The notes: a model not told the origin generated them from the sequence alone. Shown: positions 1 to 14,776, counted from the first letter of the stretch. The stretch: 64,000 bases of DNA from Escherichia coli (GCF_044324785.1 NZ_CP172127.1); one strand, 5' to 3'. Translations and numbers: made by a program.

Positions 1-357
1 CATCACGAGAGACTTCCAGATTCGACAATACTTGCTCTTCAGCGGTAATGAGATTCTCAAGGCGCGCGATTTCTTCAGCAACTTCGTTAATCAACGACGG
101 ATTAACGTTCTTGCTTAACGCTTCCAGCGCACGAGCTTCCAGACTGGCTTTGCGCTCACGTAAATCTTTCAGCTTATCGTGACTTAATTTCACCCGTGCC
201 AGCAGATCAACGCGAGATTTTCCGGCTTTATCGAGTTCAGCTTTAGCGTCACGAATATGCTGTTCCAGCATGCGCACGCCCTGGGTTTCTTCAATGGATT
301 CTTCCGCCTGAGAGATAAACGATTTCCCCAGCGTAAATAAACTTTTTAAAATTCCCA
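1..357 (-). CDS. yjfJ: PspA/IM30-family protein YjfJ, N-terminal part (gene runs off the window start)
   Basis: Reverse-strand translation from ATG at 355-357 gives MGILKSLFTLGKSFISQAE, matching the YjfJ N-terminus; sits downstream of yjfI as in K-12. Confidence 0.65.
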
Positions 358-376
358 TAAATACCCGTCCTTGTAA

Positions 377-778
377 TTAGTGTGAATATTCTTCTGTAAT
401 TTCAGCCAGATCCAATGCGTTATCTACCAGCGAGGTTATCTCAAGCAGGATATCTTCAAGAGAAGATTTAAGCGATAACGCACCGAAAACAATGTAATAC
501 TCTTCATGTTGCACGCTGGAGATCCCTACCGATGACAACGGCATCATCTTCTGATTTCTTAATAAGAAGGTATTAAATTCATCTGGATTGCTGATACTAC
601 TTACCGGACAAATAAAGGTTTCGATAATCATTTGGCGGGAAATAAATAGAATATTGATTTGCAAATCGCCATAATCATTCATTTTAATAATTAATGCGTT
701 CTCGCCATTTGTTACATCAATATTTTGTTCAGGTACAGTTTGCAGCGCCGTCGCCAGCGCCAACGGATTCCATGTCAT
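377..778 (-). CDS. yjfI: DUF2170-family protein YjfI
   Basis: 133-aa ORF, same size and position as K-12 yjfI downstream of rlmB. Confidence 0.7.
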   Translation of the reverse strand: MTWNPLALATALQTVPEQNIDVTNGENALIIKMNDYGDLQINILFISRQMIIETFICPVSSISNPDEFNTFLLRNQKMMPLSSVGISSVQHEEYYIVFGALSLKSSLEDILLEITSLVDNALDLAEITEEYSH

Positions 779-856
779 ATATTATTCCATATAAATTAAG
801 TTTAAATATTAATAAAATGAATATTTGCAGTACGTAATTATCTTACCAGCTATAGA

Positions 857-886
857 CAAAAAAAAACCATCCAAATCTGGATGGCT
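857..886 (-). terminator. rho-independent terminator after rlmB
   Basis: Hairpin ccatccaaatctggatgg followed on the minus strand by a U-run, immediately 3' of the rlmB stop. Confidence 0.55.
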
Positions 887-904
887 TTTCATAATTCCGA
901 GGAA

Positions 905-1636
905 TTAGCTGCGCTGTCGCACCGCTTCAAATAAGCAAATCCCTGTCGCAACCGAAACGTTCAGGGAAGAAACGCTTCCTGCCATTGGGATGCTGATCAA
1001 CTCGTCGCAATGTTCACGAGTCAGGCGACGCATACCTTCACCTTCCGCGCCCATCACCAGTGCCAGGCGTCCGGTCATTTTGCTCTGATAAAGTGTATGA
1101 TCCGCCTCACCTGCCGTACCGACGATCCAGATATTCTCTTCCTGCAACATACGCATGGTGCGCGCAAGGTTAGTCACCCGAATCAGCGGAACGCTTTCTG
1201 CCGCGCCGCAGGCTACTTTTTTCGCCGTGGCGTTGAGCTGTGCGGAACGATCTTTCGGCACAATCACCGCATGAACACCTGCGGCGTCCGCGCTACGCAG
1301 GCACGCGCCGAGGTTATGCGGATCGGTTACACCGTCGAGGATCAGCAGGAACGGTTGATCGAGCGAAGCGATCAGATCCGGCAGATCGTTTTCCTGATAC
1401 TGCCGTCCTGGCTTCACACGGGCGATAATGCCCTGATGCACGGCACCGTCGCTTTTCTCGTCGAGATACTGACGGTTCGCCAACTGGATAACCACGCCCT
1501 GGGACTCAAGGGCGTGAATCAGCGGTAACAGACGTTTATCTTCACGGCCTTTTAAAATAAAGACTTCCTGAAAACGTTCAGGGGCGCGCTCCAGCAGGGC
1601 CTGCACTGCGTGGATGCCGTAAATCATTTCGCTCAT
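905..1636 (-). CDS. rlmB: 23S rRNA (guanosine-2'-O)-methyltransferase RlmB
   Basis: 243-aa ORF with SpoU/TrmH-family features; conserved position downstream of rnr. Confidence 0.9.
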
Positions 1637-1726
1637 TAATGTACTCGTTGTTTACGTTTTGCCGGGAGCGCCACGCTTGCCCGGCCTACGGATAATTCAC
1701 CCTCTTCTGTTTGAAGAGGGTAATGA

Positions 1727-4168
1727 TCACTCTGCCACTTTTTTCTTCGCCGCACGCTTCGCTTTGGTCGCTGCGGCTATTTTCTGCGTTTTCGCCGATG
1801 GCTTTTTCGCTTTTCTCGCGTCTTTCTTCGCCGCTTTCGGTTTCGGTTTTTTCTCGCCGCGGAAGGCGCTGTCTGGCTCAAAGTTTACCTTTTTACCGAC
1901 CTGACGACGCTTGCCGCCTTTTTTGCCTGCATCGCCTTTTTTCGCTTTCTCGCGCGCCGTTTTACCGACGTTGCGCGGTGCGCGATCGCTGGAGATCAGG
2001 CTAAAGTCGATTTTACGCTCGTCCATATTAACCGCTTCGACGCGAACTTCCACGCGATCGCCCAGGCGATAAGTCTGGCCGCTGGATTCACCCATCAGGC
2101 GTTGCCCTACCTGGTCAAAGCGATAGTAGTCATTGTCCAGCGAAGAGACATGGACCAGACCATCAATGAACAAGTCGTCCAGACGGACGAAGAAGCCAAA
2201 GCCAGTGACGCTGGAAATTACGCCTTTAAAGACGTTACCTACCTGGTCGAGCATGAAGTCACACTTCAGCCAGTCAGCTACATCGCGTGTTGCTTCGTCG
2301 GCACGACGTTCCGCCATCGAACAGTGCTGACCCAGTTGCAGCATCTCTTCCATCGAATAATGGTAACCGCCGGTTTCAGTAGTGTTGCCCTGATGCCCCT
2401 GCTCTTTCGCCAGCAGATACTTAATGGCGCGGTGCAGCGTCAGGTCAGGATAACGACGAATCGGCGAAGTGAAGTGTGCATAGGACTGCAATGCCAGACC
2501 GAAGTGACCACGGTTTTCCGGATCGTAAATCGCCTGTTTCATCGAGCGCAGCAGCATGGTTTGCAGCATTTCTGCATCAGGACGATCAGCAACCGACTCC
2601 AGCAACTCCGCGTAGTCGCGCGGTTCCGGCTTGTTACCGCCCGGCAGTTCCAGCCCCAGCTCCGCCAGCACTGAACGGAAAGAGGTAATCGCTTCGGTGC
2701 TCGGCTTGTCGTGAATACGGAACAGTGCCGGTTCTTTCGCTTTCTCAACGAAACGCGCCGCCGAGATATTCGCCAGAATCATGCACTCTTCAATTAACTT
2801 GTGTGCGTCGTTACGCTGAGTCTGTTCGATACGCTCAATACGGCGTTCAGCGTTGAAAATGAACTTCGCTTCTTCGCTCTCAAATGAGATCCCGCCGCGT
2901 TCTTCACGGGCTTTATCCAGCACTTTATAGAGGTTATGCAACTCTTCGAGATGCTTAACCAGCGGGGCGTACTGCTCGCGCAGATCCTGATCGCCCTGCA
3001 GAATATGCCAGACTTTGGTGTAGGTCAGACGCGCGTGAGAGCTCATCACCGCTTCGTAGAATTTGTAGCCAGTCAGGCGGCCTTTCGACGAAACCGTCAT
3101 CTCGCACACCATACACAGGCGGTCTACCTGCGGGTTGAGCGAACACAGGCCGTTAGAGAGCACTTCCGGCAGCATCGGGATAACCTGCGAAGGGAAGTAC
3201 ACCGACGTACCACGGTTACGCGCTTCTCTGTCCAGCGGCGTTGGCGGACGCACATAGTAGCTGACGTCAGCAATCGCGACCCATAAACGCCAGCCGCCGC
3301 CGCGTTTTTTCTCGCAGTAAACTGCATCGTCAAAGTCACGGGCGTCTTCGCCATCAATGGTGACCAGCGGTAAATCGCGCAAATCGACACGGCCCGCTTT
3401 TGCTTCTTCCGGCACTTCTTCTTTCAGCCCGGCAACCTGTTGCTCAACAGCCTGCGGCCAGATGTACGGAATTTCATGGGTACGCAGAGCGATATCAACC
3501 GCCATGCCGGTGCCCATATTGTCGCCAAGTACTTCGACGATTTTACCCACCGCTTTGGTACGGCGAGTCGGGCGTTGGGTCAGTTCAACCACCACCACAA
3601 AGCCCATCCGCGCGCCCATGATCTGATCGGGCGGGATTAAGATATCGAAGCTCAAACGACTGTCGTCAGGAACCACAAAGCCGACGCCCGCTTCGGTAAA
3701 GTAGCGACCAACAATCTGGCTGGTTTTTGGCACCAGTACGCGGACAATACGCGCTTCACGACGACCTTTACGGTCAGCGCCCAGCGGCTGCGCCAGCACC
3801 TGATCGCCATGAATGCAGGTTTTCATCTGCTCGCTGGAGAGATACAAATCATCTTTACGCCCTTCAACCCGCAGAAAGCCGTAGCCATCACGGTGGCCAA
3901 TAACGGTACCTTTCACCAGGTCGAGGCGTTCCGGCAGCGCATAGCACTGACGACGAGTGAAGACCAGTTGACCATCGCGCTCCATCGCGCGCAGGCGGCG
4001 ACGCAGGCCTTCAAGCTGCTCTTCGCCTTCAATGTGCAGTTCTACCGCCAGCTCATCACGGCTGGCCGGTTTTTCACGTTTGGTTAAATGTTCGAGGATA
4101 AATTCCCGACTAGGGATGGGATTCGCGTATTTTTCAGCTTCGCGTTCCTGGAAAGGATCTTGTGACAT
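1727..4168 (-). CDS. rnr: Ribonuclease R
   Basis: ORF carries RNB and S1 domains and a lysine-rich C-terminal tail; start taken at the internal ATG (MSQDPFQ) to give 813 aa. Confidence 0.9.
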   Translation of the reverse strand: MSQDPFQEREAEKYANPIPSREFILEHLTKREKPASRDELAVELHIEGEEQLEGLRRRLRAMERDGQLVFTRRQCYALPERLDLVKGTVIGHRDGYGFLRVEGRKDDLYLSSEQMKTCIHGDQVLAQPLGADRKGRREARIVRVLVPKTSQIVGRYFTEAGVGFVVPDDSRLSFDILIPPDQIMGARMGFVVVVELTQRPTRRTKAVGKIVEVLGDNMGTGMAVDIALRTHEIPYIWPQAVEQQVAGLKEEVPEEAKAGRVDLRDLPLVTIDGEDARDFDDAVYCEKKRGGGWRLWVAIADVSYYVRPPTPLDREARNRGTSVYFPSQVIPMLPEVLSNGLCSLNPQVDRLCMVCEMTVSSKGRLTGYKFYEAVMSSHARLTYTKVWHILQGDQDLREQYAPLVKHLEELHNLYKVLDKAREERGGISFESEEAKFIFNAERRIERIEQTQRNDAHKLIEECMILANISAARFVEKAKEPALFRIHDKPSTEAITSFRSVLAELGLELPGGNKPEPRDYAELLESVADRPDAEMLQTMLLRSMKQAIYDPENRGHFGLALQSYAHFTSPIRRYPDLTLHRAIKYLLAKEQGHQGNTTETGGYHYSMEEMLQLGQHCSMAERRADEATRDVADWLKCDFMLDQVGNVFKGVISSVTGFGFFVRLDDLFIDGLVHVSSLDNDYYRFDQVGQRLMGESSGQTYRLGDRVEVRVEAVNMDERKIDFSLISSDRAPRNVGKTAREKAKKGDAGKKGGKRRQVGKKVNFEPDSAFRGEKKPKPKAAKKDARKAKKPSAKTQKIAAATKAKRAAKKKVAE

Positions 4169-4206
4169 CTCGGTTCCTCCGTTGTCATCTCTGATGAAGA
4201 TTTTCG

Positions 4207-4632
4207 TCACTCCACCAGCAATAATTTATAAAGCGGTTGATTCTCTTCAACCAAATCGGCAAGCGTGTAGTTATCCAGTTCCGTAAGAAAACTTTGCACG
4301 GCCTTAGAAAGCGCCTGTTTCAACCGACAGGCAGGTGTAATGTGGCAAAACTCACTGCTGCAATTCACCAGCGATAAGGGCTCCAGCTCGCGCACCACAT
4401 CACCAATACGTATCGCACTCGCCGGTTTACCCAGACGAATGCCGCCATTTTTTCCACGAACAGCAGTCACGTAGCCGGCACGACTAAGTTGATTGATTAT
4501 TTTGACCATATGATTACGGGAGACGCCGTAGACGTCAGTCACTTCAGAAATACTGGTCATCCGCCCTTCTGGCAATGACGCCATGTAGATCAGCGCACGT
4601 AATCCGTAATCAGTGAAACTCGTTAACTGCAC
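4207..4632 (-). CDS. nsrR: Rrf2-family NO-sensing repressor NsrR
   Basis: 141-aa Rrf2-family protein with the three C-terminal Cys; located between purA and rnr. Confidence 0.9.
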
Positions 4633-4836
4633 ATCAACCTCAAAAGGGAAATCGGGAAAAAATACATTTATATTGATGATAAACCAGCCACAAGCTGTGT
4701 CGCTAATTTATTTCAGTTCGGGGAAGGAAAAAAGCGAGGATTTAACACTGTGTCGGATAGCGTAATGGCTTACCCGACACAGCAATGTATCACACTGTTA
4801 GCCCGGCAGGCAAAATATCTGCCAGGCGTACCAGAA

Positions 4837-6138
<1,302 letters not shown>

Positions 6139-6238
6139 TCAAAATCACCGTTTGCTTAAAAATGGATTCTACCATCGCTTTTTCAGAGTTACAGCACTTT
6201 TTGCACTCAAAAATGACCTCGATCAGTCTGTTTTTTGT

Positions 6239-6436
6239 TCAGCCAATCGTTTTCCTCAACATGTAGTAGACCACAACGCCCGCAACCACAAGTCCACCGC
6301 CAAAACGACGTAAAATATTATCGGGCAAATTGGTCATCGCAGAGATCATCTTCTTCCATGCCTTCGGGTAAAGCATCGGCCCTAAACCTTCGAGCACCAA
6401 AACCAGGGCAAGCGCCAGCCAGATTGTCGAATTCAT
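6239..6436 (-). CDS. yjeT: Small membrane protein YjeT (DUF2065)
   Basis: 65-aa hydrophobic ORF between hflC and purA, as in K-12. Confidence 0.7.
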   Translation of the reverse strand: MNSTIWLALALVLVLEGLGPMLYPKAWKKMISAMTNLPDNILRRFGGGLVVAGVVVYYMLRKTIG

Positions 6437-6450
6437 TCATTATCCTTATA

Positions 6451-6488
6451 GAAAAAGAAAACCACCGACATCCCTGAGGATGCGGTGG
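6451..6488 (-). terminator. rho-independent terminator after hflC
   Basis: GC-rich hairpin ccaccgaca...tgcggtgg followed on the minus strand by a U-run. Confidence 0.5.
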
Positions 6489-6517
6489 CTTTATTGACCT
6501 GTACCGCAGTCGTTATA

Positions 6518-7522
6518 TTAACGCGTTGCGGAAGTCGGCGTCTTCATGTAGCGGAAGAAATCGCTATCCGGGCTCATGACCATCACGTCCTGATTGCCAG
6601 AGAAGCTGTTCTCATAAGCACGCAGGCTACGGATAAATGCGTAGAAGTCCGGATCTTTACTGAATGCATCAGCAAACAGTTTGGCTGCTTCGGCATCGCC
6701 TTCACCACGCATGATGCGGCCCTGACGCTCAGCTTCTGCCAGCGTTCTGGTCACTTCATAGTCGGCAGTCGCACGCAGTTTTTCCGCTTCTTCCTGACCT
6801 TGTGAACGGTGACGACGCGCTACCGCTTCACGCTCGGCGCGCATACGGTTGTAGATCGCTTCAGACACTTCGGTCGGCAGGTTGATCTGCTTAATTCGCA
6901 CATCGACAACTTCAATACCCAGCGCCGCCATACTGTTCGGGTTGATGACCGGAACTTTACCCTTCGTCTCAGCCGTTACGCGCTCTGCCGCTTCGGCAAT
7001 GGCGTTATCTGCTGCCGGGGTAGTAACTTCATCTTCTGTACCCGCAGAACCGGAGTTCAGCGCGTCACGTACTTCGAGGGTCAGACGACCACGGGAATCG
7101 GTGACGATGTCTTTCACGTCCAGGCGACCAATTTCAGAACGCAGACGGTCAGAGAACTTACGTTTCAACAGCACTTCCGCTTGCGAAATGTCGCCACCGC
7201 CCGTTGCCAGGTAGTAACGGCTGAAATCGCTGATGCGCCATTTGATGTAAGAGTCGACGATCAGGTCTTTCTTCTCTTTGGTCACAAAGCGGTCGGCCTG
7301 GTTGTCCATGGTCTGAATACGTGCGTCGAGCATTTTCACCGTTTCAATGAACGGTATCTTGAAATGCAGACCCGGCTCATAAACCAGAGGTTTGTTGTCA
7401 TCGTCACGCAGTACCTTACCAAAACGCAGCGTAATACCGCGCTCACCTTCTTTGACGACAAAGACAGACATGTAAAGCACTACCAGCACGATGATGATAA
7501 TCGCGATAACTGACTTACGCAT
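6518..7522 (-). CDS. hflC: FtsH protease modulator HflC
   Basis: 334-aa SPFH/band-7 protein immediately downstream of hflK. Confidence 0.9.
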   Translation of the reverse strand: MRKSVIAIIIIVLVVLYMSVFVVKEGERGITLRFGKVLRDDDNKPLVYEPGLHFKIPFIETVKMLDARIQTMDNQADRFVTKEKKDLIVDSYIKWRISDFSRYYLATGGGDISQAEVLLKRKFSDRLRSEIGRLDVKDIVTDSRGRLTLEVRDALNSGSAGTEDEVTTPAADNAIAEAAERVTAETKGKVPVINPNSMAALGIEVVDVRIKQINLPTEVSEAIYNRMRAEREAVARRHRSQGQEEAEKLRATADYEVTRTLAEAERQGRIMRGEGDAEAAKLFADAFSKDPDFYAFIRSLRAYENSFSGNQDVMVMSPDSDFFRYMKTPTSATR

Positions 7523-7524
7523 CG

Positions 7525-8784
7525 TTATTCCCCCTGACGCTGGTAGTCGTTACGCTGCGCGTTGGCGCGGCGTTGGTCCATAATATCGCCCTGACTGGTG
7601 GACGACGTGTTGCTTGCTCCACTGGTTGTGGAGGAAGAGGCTGGCGGCAGACGCAGCAGGTTGCTGGCACCGTTATCGCTCTTCGCCGCAGGCGCATTGC
7701 CGCCTTTCAGCATCTGGTCTAACGGCAGAACCATCAGGTTGCCACCTTTATCGTTAACCAGCACTTTGCGGGTGTTGCCCAACACTTTTTCCATCGTCTC
7801 GATATACAGACGCTCGCGAGTAATTTCCGGCGCGGCTTTATATTCCGGCAGAAGTTTAGCAAAGCGCGCCACTTCACCCTGAGCTTCCAGGATGGTCTGG
7901 GCCTTGTACGCACGCGCCTCTTCGAGGATACGTTGCGCCTGACCGTTCGCACGCGGCTGAACTTCGTTGGTATACGCTTCTGCTTCACGAATGTATTGCT
8001 GTTCGTTTTCACGCGCGGCAATCGCATCGTCAAACGCCGCTTTTACTTCTTCCGGCGGACGAGCTGCCTGGAAGTTGACGTCCAGCAGCGTGATACCCAT
8101 GTCATACGGACGAATCGTCTCTTCCAGTTCGCGCTGAGTATCGCTACGAATCACGGTACGACCTTCCGTCAGAATGCGGTCCATGGTGTATTTACCGATA
8201 ACCCCACGCAGGGCGCTGTCGGTAGCCTGACGCAGGCTGTCATCCGGGCTGGTCACGCTATACAGATATTTTTCCGGATTGGTGACGCGGTACTGCACGT
8301 TCATCTCAACGCGCACTACGTTCTCGTCCGACGTCAGCATCACACCAGAAGCGGCCAGTTCACGCACGGCTTCCACGTTCACCGGTTTGACTTCGTCGAT
8401 AAACGTCGGTTTCCAGTTCAGACCCGGCTCAACCAGATGGCTGAATTTACCAAAGCGTGTTACCACGCCACGTTCGGCTTCTTTAATGGTATAGAAACCA
8501 CTGGCCGCCCAGATAATGACAATCGCTGCCGCTGCGATGGTAACGACACGACCGCCAAGCTGCGGGCGCGGGCCTTGCGATGAACTGCCACCGCCAGATC
8601 CGGTGCCTTTACCGCCGCCCAGACCACCGAGCTTTTTGCTCAGTTTGCGGAAGATATCATCTAAATCAGGTGGCCCTTGATCGCGACCGCCTTTGTTTCC
8701 ATTTCCCTCAGAGTTGCCGCCAGGTTTGCTGCTTCCCCACGGGTCGCGGTCTTGTCCGTTATTACCGGGCTGATTCCACGCCAT
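7525..8784 (-). CDS. hflK: FtsH protease modulator HflK
   Basis: 419-aa SPFH protein with a Gly-rich N-terminus (MAWNQPGNNGQDRDPWG). Confidence 0.9.
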   Translation of the reverse strand: MAWNQPGNNGQDRDPWGSSKPGGNSEGNGNKGGRDQGPPDLDDIFRKLSKKLGGLGGGKGTGSGGGSSSQGPRPQLGGRVVTIAAAAIVIIWAASGFYTIKEAERGVVTRFGKFSHLVEPGLNWKPTFIDEVKPVNVEAVRELAASGVMLTSDENVVRVEMNVQYRVTNPEKYLYSVTSPDDSLRQATDSALRGVIGKYTMDRILTEGRTVIRSDTQRELEETIRPYDMGITLLDVNFQAARPPEEVKAAFDDAIAARENEQQYIREAEAYTNEVQPRANGQAQRILEEARAYKAQTILEAQGEVARFAKLLPEYKAAPEITRERLYIETMEKVLGNTRKVLVNDKGGNLMVLPLDQMLKGGNAPAAKSDNGASNLLRLPPASSSTTSGASNTSSTSQGDIMDQRRANAQRNDYQRQGE

Positions 8785-8869
8785 GTTTGTGCTCCATATT
8801 TGTTATGCGGTGATCCCTGTTGTCTTTCGACGCCAGAGGATATGACTCCACGCTTCAGACGCTACGCCG

Positions 8870-10150
8870 TTAGATCAGGTAATCGATCAACGCCGGTTCT
8901 TGTTTACAGAGGCGACGCCAGTCAACGATCGGCATACGAACTTGCAGACTTACGCTGCCGTCCTCCTCCATCCACTCTTTTTCTATTGCCTGAAGCTGAT
9001 AAAAACGACTTCTCAGACGCCCTTCCTGCGGTGGCAGACGCAATGTATGCTGCGCCACCTCGCCGGAAAGCCGCTCCGTCAAAGCCTGAAAAAGCTGTGG
9101 TATCCCCGCTCCGGTCTGTGCGGAAAGCCAGACACGGATCGGTTTGTTCTCTTCGTCCCGATCAATACGCGGTTCGAAATCTTCCAGCATATCGATCTTG
9201 TTCATCACCAGCAGGGTTGGGATCTCGTGAGCGTCGATCTCTTCAAGAACCGTATTCACCGCTTCGATGTTTTCTTGTACACGCACATCCGCCGCATCAA
9301 TGACGTGCAGCAGCAATGTGGCTTGCCGCGTCTCTTGTAACGTGGCTTTAAATGCCGCCACCAGATCGTGCGGCAGGTGGCGAATAAACCCTACGGTATC
9401 TGCCAACACGGTTTCACCGACATCTGCGACGTCAATACGCCGCAACGTCGGGTCGAGGGTGGCAAACAACTGGTCTGCCGCGTAGACCCGCGCTTCGGTG
9501 ATGCGATTGAAAAGGGTAGATTTACCGGCGTTGGTATATCCCACCAGCGAAACAGTAGGAACGTCGGCTTTGATACGCGATTGCCGCCCCTGCTCACGCT
9601 GCTTTTCAACTCTTTCCAGGCGCGACTGTATCTGCACGATGCGATTACGCAACAAACGACGGTCGGTTTCGAGCTGGGTTTCACCCGGACCACGCAAACC
9701 TATCCCGCCTTTCTGTCTTTCAAGGTGGGTCCAGCCACGCACCAGGCGCGTAGCCAGATGGCGCAGCTGCGCCAGCTCAACCTGCAACTTACCCTCATGG
9801 GTACGCGCACGTTGGGCGAAAATATCTAAAATAAGGCCGGTGCGGTCGATGACACGACACTCGCACAAACGCTCCAGGTTACGCTCTTGCGCCGGGCTCA
9901 GGGCATGGTCAAAAAGAACGACCGAAGCACCCGTCGCTTTGACAGCTTCCGCAATTTCAACTGCTTTACCTTCACCTACAAAATACTTTGGGTGCGGCGC
10001 TTTACGGCTACCGGTAATCACCTGCAATGCTTCGACACCGGCGGAAGAGACCAGAGATTCAAACTCCTGGAGGTCTTCCATATCTTTGTCTTGCGTAAAA
10101 TAGATGTGTACCAGTACCGCCTGCTCACCAGCATCATAACGGTCAAACAA
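8870..10150 (-). CDS. hflX: Ribosome-associated GTPase HflX
   Basis: 426-aa ORF with GTPase motifs (GYTNAGKST); positioned between hfq and hflK. Confidence 0.9.
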   Translation of the reverse strand: MFDRYDAGEQAVLVHIYFTQDKDMEDLQEFESLVSSAGVEALQVITGSRKAPHPKYFVGEGKAVEIAEAVKATGASVVLFDHALSPAQERNLERLCECRVIDRTGLILDIFAQRARTHEGKLQVELAQLRHLATRLVRGWTHLERQKGGIGLRGPGETQLETDRRLLRNRIVQIQSRLERVEKQREQGRQSRIKADVPTVSLVGYTNAGKSTLFNRITEARVYAADQLFATLDPTLRRIDVADVGETVLADTVGFIRHLPHDLVAAFKATLQETRQATLLLHVIDAADVRVQENIEAVNTVLEEIDAHEIPTLLVMNKIDMLEDFEPRIDRDEENKPIRVWLSAQTGAGIPQLFQALTERLSGEVAQHTLRLPPQEGRLRSRFYQLQAIEKEWMEEDGSVSLQVRMPIVDWRRLCKQEPALIDYLI

Positions 10151-10226
10151 GCGTATAACCCTCTAAATAGATCAGCGGGGAACGCAGGATCGCTGGCTCC
10201 CCGTGTAAAAAAAACAGCCCGAAACC

Positions 10227-10547
<321 letters not shown>

Positions 10548-10620
10548 TTATATGCTTATTTGTACTTTGAACCTTTCGATTCTGAAAAAATTGCGCACGA
10601 TACGTCTCAATTGTACACAT

Positions 10621-11571
10621 TCAGCCTGCGATAGCACCAACAACCTGTAATACTTCGTCACGCGCTTGTTCTGGTTTTTCACTGTCAAGCCAGTGAACCC
10701 CTTCCCAACCACGCAGCCAGGTTATCTGCCGCTTCGCCAACTGTCTCGTGGCGCAAACACCTCGATAAACCATTTCATCGTATGAGATTTCGCCTTCAAG
10801 GTAAGACCACATCTGGCGATAACCCACGCAACGAATGGAAGGCAAGTCCGTATGCAAATCTCCTCGGGCAAAAAGCGCCCGGACTTCTGCTTCAAAACCT
10901 GAAGCCAACATCTGATGAAAACGCTGCTCAATTCGTTGATGGAGCAGTTCACGGCTCGCCGGGGCGATGGCGAACTGATGCACCTGATACGGTAGAGCGT
11001 CTCCTGACGTTTGCGTCAGTTCTGTTAAAGTTTTACCCGAAATGAAAAAAACTTCCAGTGCCCGGGAAAGCCTTTGTGGATCATTTGGATGAATCCTTGC
11101 TGCCGCAACCGGATCGATCTCCTGAAGTTGACGATGCAATGACTCCCAACCTTGCTCTGCCGCCTGTTGCTCAATTCTGGCCCGCACTTCCGGGTCCGCC
11201 GACGGTAGCGGCGACAACCCTTCCAGCAATGCCTTGAAATACAACATCGTACCGCCCACTAACAGTGGGATCCGCCCCGCCGCGGTGATATCGGCCATTT
11301 CCGCCAGCGCATCGCGGCGAAAATCAGCAGCCGAGTAAGCCTGCGACGGATCGCGAATATCCAGCAATCGGTGCGGCGCGGCGAGTAACTCTTCAGCGTT
11401 CGGCTTCGCCGTCCCGATATCCATCCCTTTGTAAATAAGGGCAGAATCAACGCTTATCAACTCTACTGGTAAAATTTTACACAGCTCAATGGCTAACGCC
11501 GTTTTACCGGAGGCCGTCGGCCCCATCAAAAAAATCGCCTTAGGCAGGCTCGCCTTACTGATATCACTCAT
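10621..11571 (-). CDS. miaA: tRNA dimethylallyltransferase MiaA
   Basis: 316-aa ORF with P-loop GPTASGKT; its start overlaps the mutL stop. Confidence 0.92.
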   Translation of the reverse strand: MSDISKASLPKAIFLMGPTASGKTALAIELCKILPVELISVDSALIYKGMDIGTAKPNAEELLAAPHRLLDIRDPSQAYSAADFRRDALAEMADITAAGRIPLLVGGTMLYFKALLEGLSPLPSADPEVRARIEQQAAEQGWESLHRQLQEIDPVAAARIHPNDPQRLSRALEVFFISGKTLTELTQTSGDALPYQVHQFAIAPASRELLHQRIEQRFHQMLASGFEAEVRALFARGDLHTDLPSIRCVGYRQMWSYLEGEISYDEMVYRGVCATRQLAKRQITWLRGWEGVHWLDSEKPEQARDEVLQVVGAIAG

Positions 11572-13411
11572 CTTTAAGGGCTTTTATCGCCGGATGTAAA
11601 TCAACAGATTGTAACAGACCACCCGGCGGCGTTTTCACAAGTTGCGGACATAACCGTTCCACGTCCGCCAGCAGGGTTATGGCCTGCGCCATTGACCACT
11701 GCGCATGTTCGCTCATCAGATTTCGTGCAATCCACTGCGCAATATTGCCAGGTTCGAATACGGACTGCTTCGCCAGGTAGCCTATCAGTTCAGGAATCAA
11801 GATTTGTAAATTTTGTTGGCGTAAGGGTAAAGGCACGGCCCTGATGGTCACATGCTGCGCATCGGACTGGAAATCAATACCCAATTCCGCCAGGGCAGAC
11901 TGCGCTTTTTCTAATGCCGATTTTTCTTCGCCAGAAACTTTTAGCCGCAGCGGAATCAGCAACGGCTGGGCGCAAACTGGCGCTTCACCCGGCGTCAGTT
12001 GCGCCTGACGCAGCCAACGTTCTGCCACTGGCAAGGCTAAAAGTGAAATGTTGCCGTCGCGCTCAAGCAACGCACAGTCGGAATGGACGATAGTCAGTAC
12101 CCGACCAAAGCTTTGACTGTTCGCCGCAAGTGCAGGTTCCTGCAGTTCTGGCGCTTTTGGTTTTTGCATCGGCGCGGGCGTTTGCAAAAGCTGGCGATAC
12201 ACTTCACCTTGCTGTTTCTGGTAACCTGGCTGCGCATTCGGCCAGGGGGCAGCCGGACGACTGCCTGAGGCGGGCGCAGGAGTGTAACGCGGAGCTACTG
12301 GCTCACGAACTGCCGGTTCTGCAAAGTGATTGCGCCCCGCCGCCACGCGGTTTTCCGGGATGGCGCGCGGTGCAGGTTGTGGTTCATCGTCCAGCGGTAG
12401 CGGCGTTTCCAGTTGCTGTTGTAGCACGCTCAGCACGCCCTGATAGATAAAATCATGCACCAGACGCGACTGATGGAAACGCACTTCGTGTTTGGCAGGG
12501 TGCACGTTGACGTCCACCTGATGTGGGTCGATCTCCAGATACAACACAAATGCCGGTTGCTGATCGGCCCCCAGTTTGTCTTCACAGGCCTGGCGGATCG
12601 CGTGATTGATCAGACGATCGCGCATCATGCGACCATTCACGTAGCAATACTGAATTTCCGCCAGTGCGGGCGTGGTGTGATTCGGATCTGCCACCCAGCC
12701 GCGCAGCGTGAGATCGCCGTGTTGCCATTCAATCGCCAGCGCTTGTTCGAGAAAAGCGGTGCCGCAAATCGCCCCTAAACGGCGCTCTTTTTGTCCACCT
12801 TCCGGCACGGCGCGGTACTGGCGGACCATTTTCCCGTTATGCGACAGGTTGATCGTGACGTCGAAACGCGCCAGCGCAATGCGGCGGATGATTTCATCGA
12901 TATGGTTAAATTCGGTTTTCTCGGTGCGCAGGAATTTGCGCCGCGCCGGGGTGTTGTAGAACAGGTCCAGCACCTCCAGCGTCGTTCCCACCGGATGCGC
13001 CGCCGGTTTAACCGTCACGTCCATATCGCGCCCTTCGGCATAGGCCTGCCAGGCTTCCTGCTGTTCTGCGGTACGTGAAGTGAGCGTCAGGCGGGAAACC
13101 GAACTGATACTCGCCAGCGCCTCACCGCGAAAGCCCAGGCTGATAATGGCTTCGAGATCGTCCAGAGAGGCGATTTTACTGGTGGCATGACGAGCCAGCG
13201 CCAGCGCCAGCTCATCTTTTTTGATACCGCAGCCGTTATCACGAATGCGGATAAGTTTCGCCCCACCGCGTTCGATATCAATATCGATACGCGTCGCACC
13301 TGCATCGAGGCTGTTTTCCACCAGTTCTTTGACTACCGACGCAGGTCGCTCGACCACCTCACCTGCGGCAATCTGGTTCGCCAGTTGTGGCGGTAAGACC
13401 TGAATTGGCAT
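11564..13411 (-). CDS. mutL: DNA mismatch repair protein MutL
   Basis: N-terminus [39 protein letters not shown] (GHKL ATPase); start taken at the second Met. Confidence 0.92.
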   Translation of the reverse strand: MPIQVLPPQLANQIAAGEVVERPASVVKELVENSLDAGATRIDIDIERGGAKLIRIRDNGCGIKKDELALALARHATSKIASLDDLEAIISLGFRGEALASISSVSRLTLTSRTAEQQEAWQAYAEGRDMDVTVKPAAHPVGTTLEVLDLFYNTPARRKFLRTEKTEFNHIDEIIRRIALARFDVTINLSHNGKMVRQYRAVPEGGQKERRLGAICGTAFLEQALAIEWQHGDLTLRGWVADPNHTTPALAEIQYCYVNGRMMRDRLINHAIRQACEDKLGADQQPAFVLYLEIDPHQVDVNVHPAKHEVRFHQSRLVHDFIYQGVLSVLQQQLETPLPLDDEPQPAPRAIPENRVAAGRNHFAEPAVREPVAPRYTPAPASGSRPAAPWPNAQPGYQKQQGEVYRQLLQTPAPMQKPKAPELQEPALAANSQSFGRVLTIVHSDCALLERDGNISLLALPVAERWLRQAQLTPGEAPVCAQPLLIPLRLKVSGEEKSALEKAQSALAELGIDFQSDAQHVTIRAVPLPLRQQNLQILIPELIGYLAKQSVFEPGNIAQWIARNLMSEHAQWSMAQAITLLADVERLCPQLVKTPPGGLLQSVDLHPAIKALKDE

Positions 13412-13420
13412 CAATAATCC

Positions 13421-14758
13421 TTAGTTTGGCAGCGTGCGATCTGGCGTCGTCACCGTACTGGCCGTTTGTGCCGCTGCACCCTGCGGCGCAGATTGCATCG
13501 GATGCGCAAGGAAATAATTACGCAGGCCTTTGTAAATGGCTTCTGCCAGCTGTTGTTGGTAATCGTCGCTCGCCAGCAAACGTTCTTCGCTGTTGTTGCT
13601 GATAAAACCGGTTTCGACCAGTACTGATGGGATATCCGGCGAACGCAGAACGCCAAGGCTGGCGTGTTCTGGTCGACGTTTATGTATTTCGCCAATGCGT
13701 TGCAACTGGCTGATCATACTGGTCGCTACATCATACCCTACACGCTGGGAATGGCCGAACTGTAAATCCAGCACAGCCTGGCTTAAATAGGGGTCAGACT
13801 GACTGTTCGCCAGCACATCGCCCGCTCCGCCCAATAGCTCCGACTGTTTCTCATGCTGTTCCAGCCAGCTTGCCATCTCGCTGTTGGCGCGACGGTTAGA
13901 GAGCACCCAAACGGAAGCGCCAGTCGCACTGCGGTTTGGTGCGGCATCAGCGTGAATCGACACGAGGAAATTGGCGTTTTGCTTACGTGCCACATCGCTG
14001 CGCCCCATCACCGAGATAAAGTAATCCCCGTCACGGGTTAAAACGCCTTTAAACATTGGATCGTCATTGAGCAAAGTACGCAATTTACGTGCGATGGCGA
14101 TGGTGACATTTTTCTCCCGCGTACCACCGGGGCCGATAGCGCCAGGGTCCTGACCGCCGTGTCCTGCATCAATAGCGATGATAATTTTATCGCCAGTGTT
14201 AGCCGTCGCGCGCGCTGCCGGACGCGTTACCGTATTACTGCTGATAACACCTGTAGTGCGGTTACTTTCCGTTTTAAACGGATTGCGCGCCGGTTCGCTG
14301 ACGCGCGGTGCGACAACCGCAGGCGTTTCAACGCGTTTCGCAACCACAGGCGGCGGAGGAGGCGGTGGCGGCACATCGGCGTTAATCGTAAAGACGACAG
14401 TGTAATTGCTGCCATTCTGCCGCTTCACCGCTTCGGTTTTACCATTTTCGGTAAGATCGACCACCAGCCGTAGCGTTTGTGCATCTTTAGGCGTTCCGGA
14501 GCGAATCGCCTTCACCAGATTATTGCCGCTAAACAACAACGGCAGTCCCTGAATCACGCCCGTTTGTTTGATATCGAGCGCCACGGTGCGTTTGCTTTGA
14601 TGGCTAAAGGCATAATCAGGATCGCCAATAAAACTCAACGTTATCCGCGCCTGTTGATTACCGTTAGAAACCTGAATATCAGAGAGCGTCGCGGCACCCA
14701 CCGGCGCGCACAGCAGCAGCAACGTCGCTACCAACCAATTTCTGATGCGATACATCAT
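13421..14758 (-). CDS. amiB: N-acetylmuramoyl-L-alanine amidase AmiB
   Basis: Signal peptide, Pro-rich linker (PPPPPPP) and amidase_3 domain; start taken at [10 protein letters not shown]. Confidence 0.9.
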   Translation of the reverse strand: MMYRIRNWLVATLLLLCAPVGAATLSDIQVSNGNQQARITLSFIGDPDYAFSHQSKRTVALDIKQTGVIQGLPLLFSGNNLVKAIRSGTPKDAQTLRLVVDLTENGKTEAVKRQNGSNYTVVFTINADVPPPPPPPPVVAKRVETPAVVAPRVSEPARNPFKTESNRTTGVISSNTVTRPAARATANTGDKIIIAIDAGHGGQDPGAIGPGGTREKNVTIAIARKLRTLLNDDPMFKGVLTRDGDYFISVMGRSDVARKQNANFLVSIHADAAPNRSATGASVWVLSNRRANSEMASWLEQHEKQSELLGGAGDVLANSQSDPYLSQAVLDLQFGHSQRVGYDVATSMISQLQRIGEIHKRRPEHASLGVLRSPDIPSVLVETGFISNNSEERLLASDDYQQQLAEAIYKGLRNYFLAHPMQSAPQGAAAQTASTVTTPDRTLPN

Positions 14759-14776
14759 CCCGCCACCTTTCAAAGG

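Noticed and set aside
1659-2004. Two small plus-strand ORFs (81 and 97 aa)
   Set aside because: Antisense to the lysine-rich C-terminal tail of rnr; a low-complexity artefact.
8677-9303. 208-aa plus-strand ORF spanning the hflK-hflX junction
   Set aside because: Overlaps the hflK 5' end and the hflX 3' end antisense; Pro, Arg and Ser-rich shadow frame.
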